A DNA stretch of 36,007 nucleotides from Promethearchaeati archaeon. GTDB taxonomy: Archaea > Asgardarchaeota > Heimdallarchaeia > JABLTI01. Positions within the stretch are counted from its first letter, which is position 1. Each line of letters starts with the position of its first letter. Below are positions 16,764-25,382 of this stretch, in pieces. Position numbers and translations under genes: made by a program. The notes under the pieces were generated by a model. That model searched no databases and was not told the DNA's origin. It was given only the letters and a program-made list of their open reading frames with translations. The stretch spans positions 1 through 36,007 of the forward strand of contig JAYEJY010000290.1 in assembly GCA_034660795.1 (NCBI GenBank), read 5' to 3'.

Positions 16764-19190
16764 CTACTCAGCTGTAGTGGCTTTTGAAGGGCTAGTAGAT
16801 CGACCATAGCCTCTACTTACTCGACCACAATCACGACAAATCGTAAATTCTGGTGAAAAAACGATTTGAGCACTTTGGGTATGATCCCATGTTTTTTTCA
16901 CAATATTTAATATCGATTCAGTGGATGGTTTATGTTCTCCTAAGAATATGTGAGTGATAGACCCACTTTCAATCAATGTATTGAATTTACCTTGTTTAGT
17001 AATCCGGTCAACAATATCAATAGGTGCATCTGCTGCGAAGTGGGCACTATTGGTATAATAAATTGAACCATCTTCTATGTCGCCTTTTACATAATGAACT
17101 GAATCGGGATATTCTTGAAGATCTGTTCGGGCTAATTTGTAAGGGGCGCTTTCCCCTGGTGTTTCTTCTAAAGTAATATGAAGGCTGTGTTTCTTTTGGA
17201 GCTGTTTTGCCTTTAAATTCATAGATGCGATAATTCGCAAACCAAGTTTATAGGCTTCCTCACTGTCATGCAGTTGTTCATCAATGAGATATTGAACACA
17301 TTCATTCAATCCAATAATTCCTATTATATAGGTTGCTTTCTCAAGATCAACATATGGCCGTCCGTCTGCTGCTTCCATACCTATTTGCCAGAGTGTGCCA
17401 TTTTCTTCTGACATAAGTTTATAGGCAAAAGCTTTCTTCTGGAGGTGGGCTTGCATGGCAATATCCATTGATTGTCTAATTTGCTCAATAGCTTCTTTGA
17501 TATTGCCTTTACCTGCTCTGTAAGCTGCTTGGGGAAGATTAATGCTTACATTTTGAAAACCACAATATCTCATACTTTCCGGATGTTCTAGCATATAGGT
17601 GTCTGTTATATTGGTTCGTAAGCGACAGCACATTGATAGGTTTACTTCATCACGATCGAATACAAAATATGTTGACCCATTTTCTGAAGCAAGACGACAA
17701 GCCAATTCTAATAATTCGCGTTGCTTAGGGTCTTCAAATGATTCTTCAGTGACATGGAGATCGCATTTCGGAAATGGAAATACTTTGCCTTGGGCATCGC
17801 CTTCCATCCAAACTTCCATGAGCGCTTTAGCAAACAGTTGTGCCTCTTCCTCATAATCGGCATAAGTTTTGCCAGTATATTTTCCACCAGGCCCAATAGC
17901 TGGTATATCTCGTAGATAGGAGGGTATTCCGAGGTGAATATTAAAATCTACGAAAAGGGCTTGCCCACCTCGAGAGAAAGCATTCTGACTACCCGAAAAG
18001 ATCAAGCGTTGGGCTTCTTGCTTAATTTCTTCATACGGTACGCCTACAAAATAGGGAGCGTAGAAGATATTGAGATAAGCTAATCCAAGAGCACCAGCAT
18101 AATACGCTTGCATGGAAGCAAGAAAGGTGTTCAAATGACCTGTAAGTGTGGCAGCATGCTTAGCTGGTTTTGAAATAGTTGAAAGATTAAGTAAGTCTAA
18201 ACCGTATTTCTTGATGTATTCAAGACTATGGGCAGAACAATAAACACGAACAGGGAATCCTAAGTCATGTAAATAGATTCGCCCTTTTCGATGAGCATTG
18301 GCTACTTCTTCATCGAAAATTTCTTGTAATGCGAATTTCTTTAGGATAGATTCAGCAATAGCCAAATTAACTGCTTCTGGATTATTTGCTACAACGTTAC
18401 TATTTTCATTGCTTTTTGATAATATTAATTGTTTCAGGTCATATACAGGCATACCTAGGGATTTCTGTTGGGTCAGTTTCTTATCATATCCCCGAACAAA
18501 TAATTCGTTATCAACAAGGCTTCGAATTAAATCAACAGAAATCACATCAATTCCTGAAGCAAAAACCTTGCGTTCAACTTCCGCTGCAATTGCTTCCGCA
18601 TCAATTTTAGGTAAATCAGCTTCCCGCATTAGTGCTTTGGTTATTTTACTTTTGTCCCAATCCATGATTTCTTCTTGAGTGTCTCCAGAAACCATAAGTA
18701 GTAATTCGGTGGAATCTTGTTGTTTTACATCTACTTCTTTTACAACACGAAGTTTATCGAGTTCTCGTTCAAAGGATGCTAAATCAGTGAAACGTCTATA
18801 AACAGATGCAAATCTAATATAAGCTACTTCATCCAATTCTTTGAGTTTCTCCATAACAAGTTCGCCTATAATTGAAGCTTCAATTTCGATTTCATCCATT
18901 TGTCGAAGTTCGCTTTCGATTTCATCAACCATTTCATCAATTTCTTCAAGGCTAACAGGTCGTTTTTCGCATGCCTTAATAATGCCTTTTTTAACTTTCT
19001 CTCTGTCAAAGGGTTCTCGACGTTTATCTTTCTTAACAATCGTTAGTTTTACATCTTCCACTCGTTCATAAGTAGTGAATCTTTTGTGACATTGTAAGCA
19101 TTCTCGGCGGCGGCGATTAACTTTCATATCATGTGAGTCACGTGTATCGATTACTCGAGTATTAGGTGATTGACAATAGGGACATTTCAT
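16764..19190 (-). CDS. nrdD: Class III (anaerobic) ribonucleoside-triphosphate reductase large polypeptide with N-terminal NrdR-like zinc ribbon + ATP-cone
   Basis: The NrdD body carries [27 protein letters not shown] and YYTNSAHF, and ends at FTICRDCG (first CxxC only). The N-terminal ~150 aa ([58 protein letters not shown]) match NrdR. The start is placed at the first ATG (19190, GGTGA upstream); the track ORF extends to a GTG at 19235. Confidence 0.85.
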   Translation of the reverse strand: [808 protein letters not shown]

Positions 19191-19327
19191 TTTTCTGTTC
19201 ACCAGATTATATGGATCTAGGGTTTTATGCACCACTAGCGGGATTTCTACCCAAATTGTTATGTCACAGAGTCATCAAACAGCAATCATTTTGGGAGTAT
19301 ATAAATGGGAAAAGCCCTTTTAAATAT

Positions 19328-19373
19328 ACCACTCCTCGTGGTTTGATGTGCCCCCGTACACAACATATTGTGG
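19328..19373 (-). promoter_or_regulatory. Candidate NrdR-box pair upstream of the nrd operon
   Basis: ACACAACATATTGTGG (19358..19373) matches the remembered NrdR-box consensus acaCwAtATaTwGtgt at 14 of 16 positions. A second inverted repeat, ACCAC-TCCTC-GTGGT (19328..19342), is centred ~30-31 bp away but lacks the AT-rich core. TATA-like TTTTAAATATA and TATATAAAT lie adjacent, on the gene-proximal side. Confidence 0.35.
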
Positions 19374-19488
19374 GTAAATATTACATAAATCCTTTTGAGT
19401 ATTTAAAACTATTGGAGAAAAAAAAAGTGATAAGATAAAAAAAATTGTTAAATAAACCGATGATTTTTGAAAAAAATAAGAAAGAAAA

Positions 19489-21264
19489 CTAAAGAACAGT
19501 CACCGATTTAGCAAGATTACGCGGTTTATCCGGATTATTCCCACGAAGAACGGATAGGTGATAGGAAATTAATTGCAGAATTGGGATCTGTAATATCGGT
19601 TCATGTAAAGATGGAGGAATGGGTAAATAATAATCAAATTCTGGGATTTCCTCCGAAGCAATCCCAATTATTATACCACCACGCGCCTTGATTTGCATGA
19701 TATTATTGATCATATCCTCTTTCGTGTCATCACTCGGCACAAGCGCAATGCAAGGAACACCAGGCTCAATTAACGCTAAGGTATGATGTTTCAATTCGCC
19801 ACCGGCTAAAGCATCAGCATGAATGTAACTGATCTCTTTAATTTTGAGCTCCCCTTCCATAGCAACCGGATAAGAGGCACCCCGACCGATAAGATATAAA
19901 TCATTTTTATTCAAGGTCGTCTTAGCTAGTTCCTTGATTTTTTCAGATAATTGTAAGGTTTCAGGCATTTTAGCAACAATTTGACGAAGTGTCTTTTTTC
20001 CTTCTGTAAACTTTCCTATGAGGCCATAAGCAAGAAGCACTAAAATCAGAACCTGGGCAATAAAAGCTTTTGTTGAAGCGACAGCAATCTCAGGACCAGC
20101 ATTTAACGTTAGACTTTGTAATGATTCACGCATAATGGTGCTTCCCATAACATTCACAAGAGAAATGACTTTTGCTCCTTTTTCTTTCGCCAATTTAATG
20201 CCTTCTAAAACATCTGCTGTTTCACCACTTTGACTTACAGCAATCAACACTGTTTTATCATCTATGAGATTTTGATAGGTTTTAAATTCGGAGCCTAAAA
20301 TCGGTGAGATATTTTGTCCAGCAATTTTTGCAAAACAAATCGAGGCAAAATAACAGGCATGATAAGAAGTGCCGGAACCGATCAGAAAAGCTTTTTTACT
20401 TTTCTTAATTGTTGCTAGAAATGATTCAAGTTTTTCTGCATGTTGTTCTAGGGCATGTTTTCCTACTTCTTCAGCTTCAAAAATCTCCTTAAGCATAAAA
20501 TGAGGAAATCCAGCTTTAGAAGCTTGTTCAGCATCCCAAGTTATCGTCATTGTATTAGGTTTGATCTTTTCTAATGTTTGAACGTTATAAATTTGATAGG
20601 TGTTATTTAGAACCGCTAATTGATGATTTTCCAAAATAATTGCTTGCTTGGTTTTATCTAAAAAAGATGTTATATCAGAAGAAGCATAAAATTCGTTTTT
20701 ACCAATACCGATTATTAAGGGAGAATCTTTCCTAAAAGCAATTATTTCCTTAGTGTCCCTAAGAAGCAATAAGAAAGTATACGCACCTTGGGCTTCTTCC
20801 GTTAATTCTTTAATTGCCGGTAAAAGTTCATCGCGGGATTTCCCTTGCATTTTTTCCTCTATAAGATGGACAAGTACTTCGGTATCCGTTTCAGATTGAA
20901 AAGTATGCCCTTTTTTTATTAACTCATTTTTCAGTTCAACATAATTTTCCAAAATACCATTGTGAACTAATGCATATTTACCATCGCATGAAACAAAGGG
21001 ATGAGCATTCTGATCTGTGACGCCACCATGTGTTGCCCATCGTGTATGAGCAATTCCAATAGTTCCGTCTAATTTATTGAATTGTTTCGCTTGTGAGACT
21101 TCTAAGATAGTGCCAGCACCTTTTCGTATATTGATAGTTTGATGTTGACCGCTTAGACAGGCTATCCCACAGGAATCATAGCCTCTGTATTCTAATTTTT
21201 TCAGAGCTTCTAAGAGTAACGGCGCTGCCTTTTTTTTACCGACATAGCCAATTATGCCACACAT
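19489..21264 (-). CDS. glmS: Glutamine--fructose-6-phosphate aminotransferase (isomerizing)
   Basis: Starts MCGIIGY (Ntn Cys). Also RWATHG, two SIS domains (GSGTSYHA, SQSGETADV), and the C-terminal RNLAKSVTVL. Confidence 0.95.
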   Translation of the reverse strand: MCGIIGYVGKKKAAPLLLEALKKLEYRGYDSCGIACLSGQHQTINIRKGAGTILEVSQAKQFNKLDGTIGIAHTRWATHGGVTDQNAHPFVSCDGKYALVHNGILENYVELKNELIKKGHTFQSETDTEVLVHLIEEKMQGKSRDELLPAIKELTEEAQGAYTFLLLLRDTKEIIAFRKDSPLIIGIGKNEFYASSDITSFLDKTKQAIILENHQLAVLNNTYQIYNVQTLEKIKPNTMTITWDAEQASKAGFPHFMLKEIFEAEEVGKHALEQHAEKLESFLATIKKSKKAFLIGSGTSYHACYFASICFAKIAGQNISPILGSEFKTYQNLIDDKTVLIAVSQSGETADVLEGIKLAKEKGAKVISLVNVMGSTIMRESLQSLTLNAGPEIAVASTKAFIAQVLILVLLAYGLIGKFTEGKKTLRQIVAKMPETLQLSEKIKELAKTTLNKNDLYLIGRGASYPVAMEGELKIKEISYIHADALAGGELKHHTLALIEPGVPCIALVPSDDTKEDMINNIMQIKARGGIIIGIASEEIPEFDYYLPIPPSLHEPILQIPILQLISYHLSVLRGNNPDKPRNLAKSVTVL

Positions 21265-21480
21265 TCATTTTACCTCTTTTTTGTATTGCTTTTCAAATTC
21301 TATCATTTACTAAATAAAAAGAATACTAAAATTACCGTATAACCTTTACAAATATTTTTATAATGGTTCGAGTCTTTTAGGGATGATATTTGAAGAGGCA
21401 TTATAATTAATTTTATAATGGTTGTCTCTAAAAAAATGGAAATAGTATACTAACAAGAACACAAAGAAATAGTTAAAAGA

Positions 21481-22464
21481 GTGTCAGCTAGCATGGACAA
21501 AAAGCTACTAATTCAAGATGCAAATAATTATTTCACAAAAGACCTTCGCTTACTTAATGATCCCTCTGAATTAAAACCTTTACTCCATCCACTACGGTGG
21601 AAAATCTTGAAAATGCTGCATCAACAACCAACATTTCCAGCAGCACTTGCAAGAAAACTCGGAGTACATGAACAGAAAATCTATTATCATATCAAGCAAT
21701 TAAAAAATAAAGATTTCATAACAGTCATCCGAGAAGATGATATACGGGGAGCTAAAGCTAAAATTTATGGAACAACAAATAAAGCATTTGGCGTTGATTT
21801 AGATCCTGCCAAAAAAGGGCAGAAACTCATTGTCAAAGAAACCCAACCCACTTCATTCTTGAAAGATTTTTTTGCTGAATTTATCAATGATGGAAAATTT
21901 AATGGATTAATTGTTGTTGGCTCACCTGATCCTCATGGTCCCCATAAAACTTGGGCAAGGGATGGCCATTACGCAATTTATTTAGCAATGCTCTTAGGTC
22001 AATTTGTACAACCTTCAAACGATTTATATGTAAAATTGGATGTGGAAGTTCGAGCAGCAAAAAATCTTAACAAAAATCTCCTTTTAATAGGCGGTCCAGC
22101 AGTAAATTTAGTCACCAAAGATATCAATGCAAAGATGCCATCACCAACTTTTGATAATCATATCCAAGGGATAGCCCCACAAGCACAATTTGGACGAGGA
22201 ATAACATCAAAAAAAGAAGGGAAATTCTATTCACAACATAATGTTGGCATTATTTTCAAACAACAAAATCCCTTTAATCCCCAAAAAACAATAATTGGTT
22301 TTGCCGGGCAAGGACGCCGTGGAACAAAAGCTACAATTCTTGCGATAATTAATCATTGGCAAGAAATATTGAAAAGTTATGAAACCGTTCCCTTCAGAAA
22401 AATAATAGAAGGATACGATTTAGATGGGGATGGGAAAGTAGACTCTATAGAAATAATTGAATAA
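21481..22464 (+). CDS. Winged-helix (ArsR-like) DNA-binding protein with an uncharacterised C-terminal domain
   Basis: The N-terminal LLHPLRWKILKMLHQQPTFPAALARKLGVHEQKIYYHIKQLKNKDFI is a typical ArsR/HTH_20 wHTH. The remaining ~220 aa (GSPDPHGPHKTWARDGHY..., LLLIGGPAVN) were not recognised. The start may be GTG 21481 or ATG 21493. Confidence 0.6.
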   Translation: MSASMDKKLLIQDANNYFTKDLRLLNDPSELKPLLHPLRWKILKMLHQQPTFPAALARKLGVHEQKIYYHIKQLKNKDFITVIREDDIRGAKAKIYGTTNKAFGVDLDPAKKGQKLIVKETQPTSFLKDFFAEFINDGKFNGLIVVGSPDPHGPHKTWARDGHYAIYLAMLLGQFVQPSNDLYVKLDVEVRAAKNLNKNLLLIGGPAVNLVTKDINAKMPSPTFDNHIQGIAPQAQFGRGITSKKEGKFYSQHNVGIIFKQQNPFNPQKTIIGFAGQGRRGTKATILAIINHWQEILKSYETVPFRKIIEGYDLDGDGKVDSIEIIE

Positions 22465-22496
22465 GAAAAAAAGGAATAAAAAACACACCAGATAAA

Positions 22497-23222
22497 TTAT
22501 TCATCTGCTGTATTCTTTTCTTTATCTTTTTGCTTTTGTGGTTTAGTTTGTTCGCTTGCTTTTTTTGATTTCTCAATAATTTTATCGAGTTTTTCTCGTT
22601 CTTCATCAGATAATTGATCGATTTGTTGTTGTGATTGTTCCATGAAATGTCTGATAAACATACCTTGGAGAGGTATAAGTGCAAGAGTGGTAGTGGTGCG
22701 TTCTTCATAATCACGAACAGCAGTATCTCGTATTTCTTGTAATTTCTCTTTCGTCATTTTCCCCTTACCAATACCCGGACAGCTTTTATCAGAGACGTAG
22801 AATTTTTCACCATTATATGCCAATGGAAACGTTTTACAATTAACCGGGAGGGTGAAATAAATATTGCACATCTTATTTTCGTCATCATAAAATGGACAAT
22901 CGCCTATACCATTTTCATCGGCATCTTTCATTCTGATAAAAGGAACAAGAGCAATTTTAGAAATTTCATCTTGATCACTAACACTATCAAGATACAGATG
23001 TGGCAGAATAATCGACATAAAGCTACCTTGTTGAGTCCATCGGGCTAAATCATCGACTGTTACAGGTATAGGACCACGATTAGTACAACATTCACCACAA
23101 CGGGTACATTCGAATTTGAATTTCTTTGATTTTTGCGTACTTTTTTCAGTTGAAGCTGCTTTTTCATCAACTTGTTTTTGTGATTCAGTTGTAGGGTTTC
23201 TCTTTGAAGACACATTACTCAC
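22497..23222 (-). CDS. YkgJ/UPF0153-family cysteine-cluster protein with K/E-rich tails
   Basis: FECTRCGECCTNRGPIPV is the CxxCxxCC hallmark. Further Cys residues: GDCPFYD, CNIY, CPGIG. Charged low-complexity N- and C-terminal extensions. Confidence 0.7.
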   Translation of the reverse strand: MSNVSSKRNPTTESQKQVDEKAASTEKSTQKSKKFKFECTRCGECCTNRGPIPVTVDDLARWTQQGSFMSIILPHLYLDSVSDQDEISKIALVPFIRMKDADENGIGDCPFYDDENKMCNIYFTLPVNCKTFPLAYNGEKFYVSDKSCPGIGKGKMTKEKLQEIRDTAVRDYEERTTTTLALIPLQGMFIRHFMEQSQQQIDQLSDEEREKLDKIIEKSKKASEQTKPQKQKDKEKNTADE

Positions 23223-23439
23223 CTGTAAATTAATCGAAAAATAATTATTGTATTTACCACTTCAATTTATACCTTCACACAAAAAACTTCCGATGAAACT
23301 GGAAAAAAGAGTTTCCTGAATTTTACGTAAAAAAAGATGATAAAAAGACATTACAACAAAAATGCTTTTAATAGAGTTTTATAGGAAAAACATTTGAAGA
23401 AACATTATTAAAAGAGTAGAAAGAGCGCTTTCATAGCAA

Positions 23440-24993
23440 ATGGAGGACAAACTTATCACAAAAAATGAACAATCACTTATGGAGAAGATACAAGATGTCT
23501 CACTACGCCGAGGAATTGCTTTTCCCACAGCAGAAATACACGGGGGAATAGCTGGCGCTTATGATTTTGGACCAATAGGGACATTAATGCAACAAAATTT
23601 GTTGAAATTTTGGCGAGACTATTTTATAAAATTAGAAGGACATTACGAAATAACAGGTTCATTAATTCTACCGGAACGAGTTTTTGAAGCATCAGGACAT
23701 TTAGAGAAATTTTGTGACCCCTTAGTGCAATGTAAAAAATGTAAAGGAATGTTTAGGGCAGATAAAATTATCGAAAAAGCATTAGAGAAAAATGCAGATG
23801 GATTAAGTTTACAAGAATTAGATGAGATAATTAGCGAAAATGAACTTAACTGCCCCTTCTGTGAAGGAGACTTCATGAAAGCACGAGAATTCAACCTGAT
23901 GTTACGAACCCATGTAGGACCTTTTGAAGAGAATGTTGCATACATGCGTCCAGAAACAGCCCAAAATATCTTCACCGGCTTTAAGAGAATAGCCCATGTG
24001 ATGAGAGCAAAACTACCATTTGGAATAGCACAAGTAGGAAAAGTCTATCGAAATGAGATATCCCCAAGACAATTTTTGGTACGTGTCAGAGAATTCACAC
24101 AAATGGAATTAGAGGTCTTTTATGCAAAAGACCAATTAGACAAACCACCCCATTTTGAAGAACTAGCCGATGAAGTTTTACCAATATTAACCAGAGAACA
24201 ACAAGCTAAAAACGAAACAGAAGCAATGGAAGTAACGGTAAGAGAAGCGGTAGAGAAAGAAATAGTGCCAAATGCAGCAATGGCTTACTATATGGCAAAA
24301 GAAAAAATACTCTTCGAGGCAGTCGGAATCGCAAAAGAAATGATACGCTTTAGACATATGTTACCAGAAGAGACGCCATTCTATAGCGGGGGAAATTACG
24401 ACTTGGAAGTAAAATTATCAATAGGTTGGACAGAAGTAGTCGGAAATGCCTTCAGGCAACAACATGATCTGAAAACACATCAAAAAGCCAGCAACACAAA
24501 AATGAAGATACAACATGAACAAGGATCAGTGATACCGTACGTCGTAGAACCATCAATAGGTATAGAACGAGTCATCTATTGCGTGTTAGAGAGCTGCTAT
24601 AGAGAAACAGAGGACAGAGACTGGACATGGTTCCAATTCCCAGCAACAATAGCACCAATAAGTGTGAAAGTTTATCCTCTGATGAAAAAAGATGGTCTAG
24701 CAGAAAAAGCACACGAAGTATACCTACAATTATTAGACGAAGGATTCGAAGTAGACTATGACGAAAGTGGAAAAATAGGAAAAAGATACGCTCGAGCAGA
24801 TGAAATAGGAACACTCTACTGTATAACAATAGACTATGACACATTGAAAGATGACACAGTAACAATAAGAGACAGAGATACCATGGAACAAATACGAGTG
24901 GAAATACAAGAACTAGGAGATATACTCATACTACTACTAACAGAAGAATACTCCTTTGAAGAAATGGAAGAGGCGCTAAAAATAGAAGAATAA
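23440..24993 (+). CDS. glyS: Glycine--tRNA ligase (archaeal/eukaryotic alpha2 type)
   Basis: RRGIAFPTAEIHGGIAGAYDFGPIGTLMQQNL, YMRPETAQNIF, GKVYRNEISPR, FTQMELEVF, EPSIGIERV, and a C-terminal anticodon-binding region (GKRYARADEIG). Confidence 0.9.
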   Translation: MEDKLITKNEQSLMEKIQDVSLRRGIAFPTAEIHGGIAGAYDFGPIGTLMQQNLLKFWRDYFIKLEGHYEITGSLILPERVFEASGHLEKFCDPLVQCKKCKGMFRADKIIEKALEKNADGLSLQELDEIISENELNCPFCEGDFMKAREFNLMLRTHVGPFEENVAYMRPETAQNIFTGFKRIAHVMRAKLPFGIAQVGKVYRNEISPRQFLVRVREFTQMELEVFYAKDQLDKPPHFEELADEVLPILTREQQAKNETEAMEVTVREAVEKEIVPNAAMAYYMAKEKILFEAVGIAKEMIRFRHMLPEETPFYSGGNYDLEVKLSIGWTEVVGNAFRQQHDLKTHQKASNTKMKIQHEQGSVIPYVVEPSIGIERVIYCVLESCYRETEDRDWTWFQFPATIAPISVKVYPLMKKDGLAEKAHEVYLQLLDEGFEVDYDESGKIGKRYARADEIGTLYCITIDYDTLKDDTVTIRDRDTMEQIRVEIQELGDILILLLTEEYSFEEMEEALKIEE

Positions 24994-25085
24994 AAGGAAA
25001 AAAGCTGGGCTAAAGAAACCAGCTATCAATATTTTTATAGCTAGAAAACAAAGGGAGAAAGGAAATAAAAAAGAGGAGAAAAAAA

Positions 25086-25232
25086 TTAACGAGCCTTCAA
25101 TTTCTTAATAATAGGTGGTCGAACTTTCAAAAGAATACGATGACCACAATCTGGGCATTTGGAACCCGGCATTAATTTAAGATCTTCCGGAGAAATAACT
25201 TTACCACAGCGGTGACAAACATATTTTGTCAT
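25086..25232 (-). CDS. rpoP: DNA-directed RNA polymerase subunit P (Rpo12/RPABC4)
   Basis: A 48-aa ORF below the track cutoff: MTKYVCHRCGKVISPEDLKLMPGSKCPDCGHRILLKVRPPIIKKLKAR. The CxxC-x17-CxxC zinc ribbon followed by HRILLKVRP is the RpoP pattern. Its codon usage is like the bulk genome, unlike its neighbours. Confidence 0.8.
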   Translation of the reverse strand: MTKYVCHRCGKVISPEDLKLMPGSKCPDCGHRILLKVRPPIIKKLKAR

Positions 25233-25382
25233 TTTACAAATAACCTCAAGGAAGAAACCTTAAGTTACACTATATAATTTTATTTATAAGTATTCTAATA
25301 AAGCTGAACACTCATAAAAAAACAGTTGAGAGAAAAAAATCGGAAAAAAAAAGGTGGAAAAAAAAAGGTGGAAAAAAAACAA

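Noticed and set aside
19166-19438. 90-aa + strand ORF covering the nrd operon start and upstream region
   Set aside because: It overlaps the 5' end of nrdD in antisense and runs through the promoter/NrdR-box-like region. No family signal and no ribosome-binding motif.
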